IMG/VR virus record: IMGVR_UViG_3300032245_000936
Location: 32,001 to 96,000 of that record
Length of the DNA stretch: 64,000 nt
Source of the DNA: a virus
Strand: one strand, 5' to 3'
The position numbers were made by a program, and so were the translations under genes. The notes under the pieces are model-generated. The model had not been told where the DNA came from, searched no databases, and saw nothing but the letters and a program-made list of their open reading frames with translations. Every line of letters starts with the position of its first letter. Position 1 is the stretch's first letter. Shown here piece after piece: positions 50,901 to 55,666 of this stretch.

Positions 50901-51658
50901 ACTTTCTCAGCTGAGATGTATGCGTCTTGAGCATTGGTATTTGGTACACGGAATGTAATAAGTCCAGCGTCTATACCGTTGTTGTCAATTCCCAGGATGT
51001 CGCGGCTTAATGCTTCTGATTCAGTTGAGCGTGTGCCTGTTGCACCTAACTGAGTTTGAATCCAAAATGGATGCCCGGCTTGGCTGATGCTAAAGGTATA
51101 GGTAGTTCCTTTAACCAAAGTAAGAATAGGATTACTGTCAGTACCAAAACCAGTGAAATTATATCCATTGGCAACTCTGTTGTAGTTTACTTTGTAATCA
51201 AGTACTTGCACATCAGAGCTGGCTGACACAGCCACTTCAGGAGGGCCATCTGGTAACCAGTAGTATTGATTGAAGTTAACAAATTTATCAAAATCAATCA
51301 ATCCATTGAAGTTGTAACTTTCGCCTGCAAACAAACGGCTATGGTCATTGACCAAACCACCGTAGTAAGCAATTTTTTGCAACAAGTCTGTGTAGCTGTT
51401 AAAGAATGCAACATTTTTATTTGCATCTTCAACTACCATACTGGCTTCAAGTTGATAATTCTGACGTTCTGCGGTTGGCTCTGGTATATAACTGTCTCCA
51501 GACACAAACGTAGGCGCGACTTGTCTTCCGATATAACCATTGATTTTTCTAAAATCTGGTTCTGATATCAGCTGATCCATAGTAGCAGAAACAAACTTAT
51601 TGTTTGTTTTGCTCCTAAAGATCTCAGGCAAAAAATTGATACTTTTACGTACAGCCAT
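32978..51658 (-). CDS. giant 6226-aa virion structural protein (baseplate wedge/fibre-like, multidomain)
   Basis: 18.7-kb uninterrupted ORF with many GsGYt.aP.v.i repeats, FG-GAP-like (FG.sva...vGAPg) propeller repeats and Asp-box-like S.DgvnW motifs; follows the gp6-like gene. Confidence 0.85.
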   Translation of the reverse strand: MAVRKSINFLPEIFRSKTNNKFVSATMDQLISEPDFRKINGYIGRQVAPTFVSGDSYIPEPTAERQNYQLEASMVVEDANKNVAFFNSYTDLLQKIAYYGGLVNDHSRLFAGESYNFNGLIDFDKFVNFNQYYWLPDGPPEVAVSASSDVQVLDYKVNYNRVANGYNFTGFGTDSNPILTLVKGTTYTFSISQAGHPFWIQTQLGATGTRSTESEALSRDILGIDNNGIDAGLITFRVPNTNAQDAYISAEKVADVDLATTLTFAQLQNHLNSNLVRAGGIDGVTESLRDRTLIFLNPSDNNEDWTDPGVFDFRPFDSEDAPVYIPQENRQDIFRISTFDTGGGRFVIQLVPIRQVNVGQKVFVKAGKANSGVTFFKNSRQKWEPVRPITATLDTLYYQDGVDGKYSGIIRLVEPDFAQLDVETDIIGKPVYTSPNGVKFTNGLKIRFDSTVVPAIYSNGLYIVEGVGRSITLVPVGNLIIPEEYVNPLVTTPDYVTINRASSDLNAWSRSNRWFHTDLLTLTAKYNNDTTILEQFADTRARRPIIEFEADIMLFNHGSRAKAPVDIIDYTVTDAFSQVEGKTEFIVRLPNGVTRQLTSGTRIIFANDLDPDVRNRIWQVDFISTSQQTQIHLVSKNTQTAPSYYVSGATMVQDTQVAVIGGNPIYPATATANIDPITGTVTNIIIGNTGAGYRGTPTIVFVNKGKGIGANAVAHLTGTGYVGQIELISGGTNYATAPTYATVPTVTFTSPFPGIGTRTAQGVALAAPTSVNLIDVNFSGLNYIAEPTVTISTTYDTPAVITPVYNAFKYVDYIRITDKGAGYSAQNIDVIFSSPNPAQANTFVSAFANGLVTSDTITLDAVPSGLAQNWFVYAPNILSGTKVSAVNGISGNITLSIPVRLFGADEAKPGPNANTLTVPLTFKSNVGNVSIVSETVRYQTQIKVDTTQYTMRNMILVGGSTPVPIQNIFLYTTSAVVLPITITTSPGNPHGFVNGDLVTIIGVNGTTQLNNNSYYVDVVDTLTINLYSDVGLTDPVDGRSYFEYVSGGYTSGYTVPYDTRVIRIIDSTTLQLSKSVSLKQGTELVFLGVPAKGSANGDGSGIYTVIINDPGSGYTSAPSLTIPPPPSNPEILTAQATATAILNNNTIEYFTIQSVGSGYRLGTDIITTVINNVEVATGEASAYGSRVLTFDSYTDVQYIKPGWLAFLVVPNATGGFYYADFSRTPYVETEVTGPNPDTYQFYMDVDLSNANILKVLAVADNQVVLTGDIDARDADGEPIDLPAGSKVVFSAQNRFFTQEQFASSQPIGSDKTSYIVNQVLLGKNATETGLRLNTVMGIQAGMSVTDLAGSLPDNLRVTSVDQYSSIVYVNSVITLGQNIPLKFSTSAVVTTKLAPSKIVGIDITDPGAEYTSAPRITITPQIPAVTKFTDCAGGTVLIVPDHDGIEIGATVTSNYNANGIGLTTGADVPKVVDLQTVQLSATEKQYRVILDIAQEPFVTIEATFTYAAKAIAEITSATNFIASDGDTTPDTYEAGDTILLTEPTAGSTATAQLKTGVITLFNQYYYTGQEWIPGQQKNNYNQSPLFDIFDKDGNSVGDSNYYPGSKFAGTKVYSYKVGTGANDKFLGFPLSYRSFQNVGDIQFNNDFDIDTFRYNLDTVEVSRNVNNYFLKTRVNGTFAFRNIWTKLEEKTKQYQIIHHEFDGRTNYFEIDILPLPSAAIPYIKVYVDHSKISSDQYTLRKYGGRYAVVVDQALLKVKPASNVDIFIYAKAKSNMGYYEIPSNIDVNAQNSNFTVLTLGQMRNHFTHMSENHLGLSGTVAGKNNSRDLYIKDWQGSIVQHASPGTYAAIMLGDSATSSLEANSSATSSNISKGLGFVEAAEYAQKEYTRFKQRFLDQCLKQDLPSNIADAFEVVMTSVMVGKNSTSPWYDSDMVPWGGAVVNTPIKIINTQRRRYEIPNIYKDMELSRRSILVYLRDDSIGLNQQLIKGIDFEFNQTLPAIDLADHVQLTYTQTLLVVERPSTIGSYVPETPTKLGLYPRYVPTMFEDTTYQVPVMVIQGHDGSLTPVFNDIRDRLLMELELRIYNNIKVDYQANILDIYDYLPGKFRNTEYTLAEFNRLLTRNFLNWVGNNQLNYTRNDTFAANNSWSWNYHYLKDADGEFLPGFWRAVYQHYYDTDRPNTAPWEMLGFSEQPTWWTEVYGPAPYTGANKLLWDDLEAGRIARGTRAGVDTRFARPGLNKYIPVDDIGLLLSPEKLVVSNFDGTRTGASWSIGDQGPVETAWRRSSAFPYAVQIALALAKPAFYFGSMFNTNNYYRDRDIDQLLLTTTKQRVTQTSFDIPSDGIGINETTTFTAGYVNWIRDYLVSKGLPASQTLRNYITNFKLKLGYKMAGFADSKFLTILADQSSPSSNSSSVVIPQENYKIFLNKGTPLNRLIYSAVIIEKSAGRYTVTGYDTITPYFTIIPSSSNNNAYKISELNETAVVYRDFQRTRITVPYGYEFTTRQEIVDFLVSYGRFLIGQGFVFDEYNIDLTIKQDWVLSAREFLVWSQQGWKAGNVLVLSPAFNAIKVTNKNGVVDHVENVLNGSKVLDQNFTIIKNNQFTVTREDNTFTLESIFGQTFGLVDLNLVQYEHVVVFDNTTVFNDVIYVPELGSRQYRLKLIGNKTGSWTGQLNPAGFIYNNDKVDIWQVGTQYRRGSLVNFKDNYYYASVEVNAAAEFDFSKWTPIEKSRIKTGLLPNFALNAQKFNNIYDLDNHPADSTLDQFSQGLVGYRARNYFQDFDLDQTSQVKFYHGFIKQKGTLSSVTTLTRGNFNNLGSNISLYEEWGFRVGDYGALGSDQAIEIVLDESTFVNDPTAVVLLARGETPVNNAVNVTPETVYRFTEDTYNPQIVRARTDVTPRISDNLTAGYPRLDDVDYTVYDISDFASYYQLVEQIGAGYKLWVAKDFNKDWNVYRATETDITITEIRIGVADTIQISFDLPHGLEVNNLFVLKSFDPDFNGFYRVTTVTDQFTVIVPGYRNLQRLRKQQTIEGKGIFFVMDSVRYNQVSDITKFTPIHGWRENDRVWVDNDISNGVWAVFEKSSQWNFNQLMPIRDGDFSSGERYGASARISVDNRLYVAGTPGYSQGTISGLRVLNPGSGYGPLTKVFISTPDVAGGYAPVTNVRISSGTLINAQLTAIGLNYQLQPNITIVDGTTHTLISNTLLSDVMTFGNVANVYVGDSISLTAGQYGYSNIFVSDGITVQQIFSNNNKVRVSGTLSANTGIAVNFTRGTGGIINARLSPTNVTFIDVIDGGSGFTSVPSVEIIGGGGSGATAGAVTISSGTITAIAVATGGAGYTEPPIVNLITTNPTPVILRSRLSPVPIKDLIVSQPGQSYKEPKLLIQAYSGDTGVGATGTVGVTDNSIASVTIYPLLPGTGYAKAPVATVYDPDGTGSGAVLETIFTTGAVKAFTRPGAVGTLDLEAINTLRPFSVDAIEFGHAVDIGYTYTFASAPGSFTARGAVQVSEYFKTNWLNKQVLSPVDLEPNARFGESLACSRDEKWLYVGAPGANKVYVYARKSPGTGQLKINIDAERRVYSYVTNFVDVTNPAVLKVVGTSGRVFLAAFDYSISGGILTFIPPTGSVDPFDAIEGEVAVYVTRQAQPTTIIPLKDANDLYQTIYPLVQRPNGVETISVVGSSGRLYVPSREFTVIGSTIIFLTQEFINEASITVSPLDPYYVEAAVLEPDDRITWKTKDELKALYDDASVITLVQTIHDLEAQTRSINNTYTTYSEMVDANLANGTLAKVMNYVAELGTYSQYEIYIYLADQYIVIGTENLLVSRISKFGQAVACTNLGYQVVVGAPEVSIDTGIEQPSGGTVIAKAGKSYVFDRAYQVYTGTGSGQTLFTTSLALGVVNRVTLDDFEVREGIDYTASGFTVRFFEAPKSGQRIKIDINKFNLIQNIPSVDPVYQGFFGKSVAMAPDNQGIFIGAPGYRDVNYYNGRVYRFVNQGLFYGSTLTTQLYPVTTLGDTIRINDVDVLLSGSIDTATGNGSSLKVLNDISAQNIIGVTSSVEGISGIEFNNRGAGYFSTNVAITVAPPDLITGTQALVGNIQIFGGNGAIKSYDIIENGSGYTSLPKVTITGARTTQASAIAINDGSPLRIEVTSTQAIKRLDILPGVGTGLKDTGIKVYALTQVIEHPRLDQPEKFGYVIRCDGQTGETLVISSDGAATLASVTFDAKGTIFDRDTTRFIDSLKNSGAVYVYDYLPVPGETLQNPGKFLFNQVLQNSKIKFNDNFGSSVDINNGRIMVGAFNSSYYSTQAGLMHLFINPTSKKGWSKLRSRSELVDIDYINKVSAYNKKTQVALSTFDYYDPAKGKILGIADQDIDYKTSYDPAFYNKGTDTTVNIDATSYWNDVQIGRVWWNLDACRYITYEQGELTYRISQWGGLFPGSTIEILEWVESQYLPSDYVANGGDGVPKYPNDSAYVEVAYIDTQSGLVKTKYYYWVTDKVSVDTAKTKRINSISAISDIIQNPIKQELPYIAALSTNTFAVYNSKPFISGKDSILRIEYAQVLNNNIAHSEYELVQQGNPLSAIPTKLINKLIDSLAGENLTGDVVPDLKLREVDRLGISLRPRQSMLKDQAAGTRVLVQFVNKFFKQYLIAKEYDLTQLKLAEAIPQENLGFYDSRVTTKDALAYFTPADLFDGFRVLVETDADYSGFWTIYFYTAKDKTFTLERIQSYDSTRYWNYANWYINDTFNDNIQVNHIINSYNDIETLKEKVVDGDILKVTNFGGNFELYQLAVDSAGIITPTLVGAENGTIQLNSSLYDNTKSLVGFDNPGFDTTGFSKSLAIEARNIINGIFNYIFIGDNRVQLNKVFFALVNYILSEQQNADWLFKTSFITVVQKIRKLEQFASYIKDQQDYYQSYINEVKPYRTQLRDYLLDYEGLDESYNAIADFDFPAYYDPVRGTTRSLNPTKATDLAIVNAGVWKNWYQNYRYSIQRIVVTDSGSGYKQRPLVRISGGGGVSASARAVLDTDGKVVSVTITSPGQYFTSAPTITFVGGGGSGAKAYAELVSLTGNTTVDNSSKTVRTITTILNFDRITYSSSVRTWKPYTTYHVGDIVVVPDVKTSVFYNLPDQAVPSFSTPYRVLKTILGTVTLDLNIFQNDAVVQKLSGSDVDNAVDRLAAFHKPGTPDVAVLFNSPDTVRLTPASNNNDASSTGNQWARTAFSGVIPAANEYQYISVGQRGLLSYSQDGVNWTNVPLNDQAVNLRDVVYYNGTTWVAIGNRGYVLTSLDAVNWNIDQIITFRYSPSLDAVNGLVLNEAAQAVDLTGVTAFTSTQGSYILTVGNSDTILLNPTDTNASAPFENTWYAAKAQPKVYNTPANFLAVDSRSFGDLSLFIRAKTLRASATWAAVTGSTLIVRIPTADISGTIEFGMTMISPYVPTNHGVINVDSSTTPGTTVIQLGFTENTAIAAAGTVGTTRPAQMVHFAYYNANLEGSGSFTLNGFGKPMQVGFVVIGGINGNMYITSYNRLDDLQQGYKLSYNYDSGKGTDFNYPWIPMNVPKSVAGDSDGYSGEQINAIAISDDVGQWIIAIGSGGTLIWNKLDSPLQVQLGNADTGADTIGKVVMNYGINVFKNFREFDSDNFVLPLSAENVRKYDFTDISWDGEKFIVVGNKSTVIWGYPGYNDEVYIELGNINPNRYAYTRNSSAHWTGGTGLTSLIISIPVTDVIGAPIRGMTLNGAGLPTDSIITNVELIAGSWNITISFASANITTTVLGSFIAEYLFTAEIPVGTVLTFTDIDTATTKTLTVSRTAAKGDSVVYVNGYEKVTANWSISGTGIPLAATVNGIGRFAKFTWKFARGSGRDNNINYESIVVNKTTLQLNKPLSLPNKPSTDTSVAIPAGTSLTFFDATGTKIQKTTTQDVRNNTTTLIFETTDGLKIDYVLSPDTVFGIQSGTKIVSTAQYNIAGVLDHLYRDIPDKIPGASYPGGLVKGQEFLQTNTDPLSLDTIISSEYTDNLLGIRPEDIIVDGGKFIDKYSSHAPEELVPGQVIDSLQMNVFTANVTNGNIDYGNVTAFKIFTDYKLSTVYYRLPDANTTVLTANLSYEDTEISVADIARLPAPAAAINQPGSIWVNGEKINYFGIDLNRGVLTDIRRGAQRTSIPLVHVAGSIITDASPVQQFETDTVLTISNDYSVYNNIGNASIQNTAVYRVATTTHVPQGSIWLDLGQ

Positions 51659-51689
51659 AATTTTTTTGTGTTCTCTCTAAACTATCTAG

Positions 51690-51695
51690 TATTTA
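51690..51695 (-). promoter_or_regulatory. late-promoter-like (GG)TAAATA
   Basis: In the gap upstream of the giant gene; the same motif recurs at 31810-31815, 55237-55242, 55664-55671 (TATAAATA) and 63438-63443. Confidence 0.6.
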
Positions 51696-51706
51696 CCGGA
51701 TAAAAA

Positions 51707-54700
51707 TCACTGTAATTGTGAGGCAGTAATATCTGTAATAATCTGAACGTTGTCTACTGTTGCGGCGCTGATTACAATTTCACTTGGCTCTGCATTGATT
51801 TGATATAGGTTACCAAATGCGCTTCCGGTACTGGTTGGTACAATAATAATACTGGAAATCCTTGGCGCCAGAGTCTGATGCAAATATGCACTAAGCTCTG
51901 AGAAGTAGAACGGTTCACCAAAGTCCCAGTTGTTGATATCAAAGTATTTGTTAATAGCAGACACCACAGCTACCTTAATGTCATTGTCGCTGACAATAAC
52001 AGAAGGATTTTTAATCACTTTAAATGTAGCCTGTAGTGCAGGATCGGCTTTTTTACCAAACAACGGTTTGAACTTAGCCGAGTTATAGATCAAAGTATCA
52101 CTAATTGTTTTAAAGTTATCCAGCTCGCTGTATTGCAATTCTAAATCGTCTGCTGTGTCAGGAGTAGGTTGTGTCACTGTGCCAGTGGTATCCTGTACCC
52201 AGTTCTGGTATGAACTAGCATACTGCTTGGTTAAGATATACAAGTCCACAATGTTATTTGGACTAGGATCAATTCGTCGATTGGCAGGTGCGGCATGGCG
52301 GTATTGGAAATACAAGTCCTGACGACCTCGTAACAAGATGTACTGTTCACCAGGAGCACTGGCAGTTAAACTCTTACCACCGGTCACTGAATCAATGTTT
52401 AGTACATAGAATGTGTTTTCTGCGGTTGCATAGAATACCTGTCCTGCGGTGTTGTACAAACTGAATGTTTTTACAATATCGCCCTGTGATGCAAAGCCTG
52501 TTTCCACAGCACCTGTATCAAGAACCTGATATTGAATATAGTTATTGGAGTTGTAGATCTTTTGAAAGAACACCAACTTGCTAATTGGATTGGTACTTGG
52601 AGCTACCACTTCTGTAAACAAATCTGGATTGTCAGGTACCCCGTCACGGTTGCTATCAGGGTATTTGACTAAAATTTTGTTTACATTTTCATAACCATCT
52701 TGATCTACAATCATTTTGTAGATAAAGAATGTTTTGTCATCATATAAACTACCAGTGCTGTCTGGAGCTGAATTGGACCGCAACACTTTGACGTTGTCGT
52801 TGATAACGGTTGCAGTCTTGGAGTCGTATACACGCACACGAGAATCATAGTAGAACTTGGTTTCTCGTTTGCTTTCAAACACATAGTTAACCTGGCGATA
52901 GAAAACAGTATAACCGTAGCGCCCGGATACAAACGCAAATACCCAACTGCTGTCTAAACTTGCTGACGCGGTGCTACCGGCACCAATATCACTCCACTCA
53001 CTGTTGATTCCGTTGTTGCTTAAAATGCTTGAAGTATTTTGAGACAGTTTCAAATCTTGTGGTTGTACCAATGCCCACTTTTGTGCAACCTGGTCAAAGC
53101 GTAGACCAAAGTTTTTCTTACCATTGACCAAGTTGGTTGCCGCTGTTAGCACAGTGGTTGGAATCTGATTATAGATCTTAGGAACAATCTGATCCACGTA
53201 TGCACCTGTGGGAATAAAGCTACTGAGTGTCAGTGGACCTTCAGTACCACTAACCAATAAACCTCCGGCTGTTCCGTCATCCACAACCTTGACTACAGTA
53301 GCGTACACATAGATACGGTCACCGGCCTTGGTTGGAGTTCCTTCTTGGATATTGTTGTTAGAATCAAAGTATGCTGGATATGCCGCTATCAGTGGGCTAG
53401 CACGAAAACGAATAATTGCACCTGGCTTGAGATATTTGAACACACTGGAGCTGGCTGCACCAACTTTCAATGGTATTGCAAAAATATTATTGGCCTGGGC
53501 TGTTGTCCAGTTTGCCTCAGTGGCAAAAAACCCTGTACTCTGATTGGTACTGATTGTCATCTGTGTCCATACTGCATTAAAAACTGCGGAGTTGATATCA
53601 ATGTCAGATGTTGTAAAGCGTCTAAATTTTTCATAGAACAACTGTGTAAATGGCACATAGTTATCAACCAATAGTTTGTTGTTCAATGTGTCGTTCAAGC
53701 TACCCACAATATCACCGTTGGTGGCAGGAATAAAGTCTTGCGCTTCAATTGTTTCTGTTCTGTACAAGATACCATCTTCACCAAACACGTTGGTAGAGGA
53801 GTACTTGCCGGTAATATCCAATGTATCTAAATATCGACTAACGCCTGAACTACTGCGATTGGTACTTTTGATTTTAAGAATACTGGAGAACTTGGTAAAT
53901 GGCAGGATGTTATAGTCCTCGCCGGTAATCATGCGATTTTGTGTGTAGTACTGTTGTGGTGCCTTGGCTTTGATCTCTTCCAGCGTTTCGCGAGTGTTTG
54001 CATTGTTCACTGTGTAGTGCAAGCTGGCCTTGACTGTTAGAGTCTCTGCGCGACCAGTTCTGCTCACATAGGTTATAGGAACAACCACGTTTTGCATTTC
54101 CTCAGGAGTGATCTTGTAGCTGAGTGCGTTGCCTGTACGATAGAACACTCGGAATGTGCCAATTGGAATGTCAGCAAATGCTCCGTCGCCAAACACAATG
54201 TCAATTTGATCGTTGGCGCGAGTATTGATTTGATAAATCTTACGCTCAACGCTGGTGTTATAGATAACGTTAAATCCTGCCACGTTAGGAACTTCTGTCC
54301 ACTTCTCACTGAGGTTTCCGTTGGCATCTAATTTATACACCCACACATCAGTGTTGTTGATGTTGTCAATGTTCACACTGACCACACGATTTGGCAGACT
54401 TTCATTGAGGTTAAAATCAATGTTGTTCAATTGACCTTGTTTGAAATAAACAAACCAACCAGTGTTGTTACTGTTATTGCCTAGATTGTCATTGCGATAC
54501 AGTGCATTAAAGATTCTGCTTGGTGCAGGATCTTTTTCGTATAGGTAAGTTTTGCCCGTGGAAGTTGCACTTACAATTTCAAATGTCATTTGTGCGCCTT
54601 GTACACTAGACTGAATTTTAAATGCAGGAATAATGTTAGGCAGTAGATTAAAGCTGTATTCTTCTGTACGAATACCGCCAAGGTTTTGTGTGTTACCAGG

Positions 54701-55216
54701 CTTTCCAACCACTTGACTATTGATCATTGCGGCGTTGAGTACCACAGCAAATTGCTCTTGCCAGTTTTCATTGCCCGGGTCATTCCAGCTGATAGGAATA
54801 TTGCTTAGATTTAAACCTTGACTGTCAATGAGTCCTTCTGTGCTGGACACACTATCAATACGCAATAGACCAGAACTAGGAATGTTACGTTTGGGACTGT
54901 AGCTGATAAGTCGGGCTAGTTTTAGTACACTGTCGCGTCTTTCTGCTGTGTCAATAAAGTTTTCGCGAGCATTAAGATCCGCACGGAAAGCAAGTGATTG
55001 TCCTAAGAATGCAATTAGGTCAATTAGTGCCACATACTCTGAACTTTCCAGGAAGTCGTTAAAGTCTTCTGGATAGTAAGTACGCAGATAGTCAATCATT
55101 GACTTGCGTAGTGTTTCAAAGTCGTAGCTGGAAAAGTCAGCATTTTGGAAGCTCTGATAGATCTTCTTCCAATCTTGCTGTACTAAGAGATTTTGTTGTC
55201 GTGTATTGGCCGCCAT
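51707..55216 (-). CDS. baseplate wedge protein, T4 gp6-like
   Basis: DFetLr..midYLr...dFnDf.esS....LidliA, E.FidTA.rR.Sv..lA....Y.P, Etle.Ik..AP..y..QnR.iT.eDY. Confidence 0.88.
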   Translation of the reverse strand: MAANTRQQNLLVQQDWKKIYQSFQNADFSSYDFETLRKSMIDYLRTYYPEDFNDFLESSEYVALIDLIAFLGQSLAFRADLNARENFIDTAERRDSVLKLARLISYSPKRNIPSSGLLRIDSVSSTEGLIDSQGLNLSNIPISWNDPGNENWQEQFAVVLNAAMINSQVVGKPGNTQNLGGIRTEEYSFNLLPNIIPAFKIQSSVQGAQMTFEIVSATSTGKTYLYEKDPAPSRIFNALYRNDNLGNNSNNTGWFVYFKQGQLNNIDFNLNESLPNRVVSVNIDNINNTDVWVYKLDANGNLSEKWTEVPNVAGFNVIYNTSVERKIYQINTRANDQIDIVFGDGAFADIPIGTFRVFYRTGNALSYKITPEEMQNVVVPITYVSRTGRAETLTVKASLHYTVNNANTRETLEEIKAKAPQQYYTQNRMITGEDYNILPFTKFSSILKIKSTNRSSSGVSRYLDTLDITGKYSSTNVFGEDGILYRTETIEAQDFIPATNGDIVGSLNDTLNNKLLVDNYVPFTQLFYEKFRRFTTSDIDINSAVFNAVWTQMTISTNQSTGFFATEANWTTAQANNIFAIPLKVGAASSSVFKYLKPGAIIRFRASPLIAAYPAYFDSNNNIQEGTPTKAGDRIYVYATVVKVVDDGTAGGLLVSGTEGPLTLSSFIPTGAYVDQIVPKIYNQIPTTVLTAATNLVNGKKNFGLRFDQVAQKWALVQPQDLKLSQNTSSILSNNGINSEWSDIGAGSTASASLDSSWVFAFVSGRYGYTVFYRQVNYVFESKRETKFYYDSRVRVYDSKTATVINDNVKVLRSNSAPDSTGSLYDDKTFFIYKMIVDQDGYENVNKILVKYPDSNRDGVPDNPDLFTEVVAPSTNPISKLVFFQKIYNSNNYIQYQVLDTGAVETGFASQGDIVKTFSLYNTAGQVFYATAENTFYVLNIDSVTGGKSLTASAPGEQYILLRGRQDLYFQYRHAAPANRRIDPSPNNIVDLYILTKQYASSYQNWVQDTTGTVTQPTPDTADDLELQYSELDNFKTISDTLIYNSAKFKPLFGKKADPALQATFKVIKNPSVIVSDNDIKVAVVSAINKYFDINNWDFGEPFYFSELSAYLHQTLAPRISSIIIVPTSTGSAFGNLYQINAEPSEIVISAATVDNVQIITDITASQLQ

Positions 55217-55265
55217 ATATGTCCACCCGTTTTACATATTTACCTAGCGGCAATATATGGTATTT

Positions 55266-55658
55266 TTAAGACATATCGCCAAATTTGCCCTTGGATACCC
55301 TTGGGTTGTCGCGGTCAAACATCATGCTGAGTGTTTGCGTTTTATTCTCAGGCAAATAAGTTATGGTCAGAGCCACTTGAAGTCCGCGTTCAAATTCAGT
55401 TAATTCAATGCTGTCAGTGGCAATGCGTGGGTCATAGCCTACTATTGATTTAACATCATCTAAGATAACTTTTTCAACTTCTGGAGTTAACGGTTCAAAT
55501 ATCAACCCCCAAATCACAGTTCCAAAATTTGGATTCATTAGCTTTTCGCCTCGACGTATGTTGAAGTGATTGAACAAATTTTGTTTAACCAAGTCAAAGT
55601 CAGATAGCTGAAACTTTTTGTTTCTGTTGTATGTGCTGAATCCGTTGTATAGTGACAT
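55266..55658 (-). CDS. baseplate wedge protein, T4 gp25-like
   Basis: vKq.l.n.f..r.GEklmnPnFGt.iw.liFEP...yDPRi; TATAAATA upstream. Confidence 0.9.
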   Translation of the reverse strand: MSLYNGFSTYNRNKKFQLSDFDLVKQNLFNHFNIRRGEKLMNPNFGTVIWGLIFEPLTPEVEKVILDDVKSIVGYDPRIATDSIELTEFERGLQVALTITYLPENKTQTLSMMFDRDNPRVSKGKFGDMS

Positions 55659-55666
55659 AATGATAT

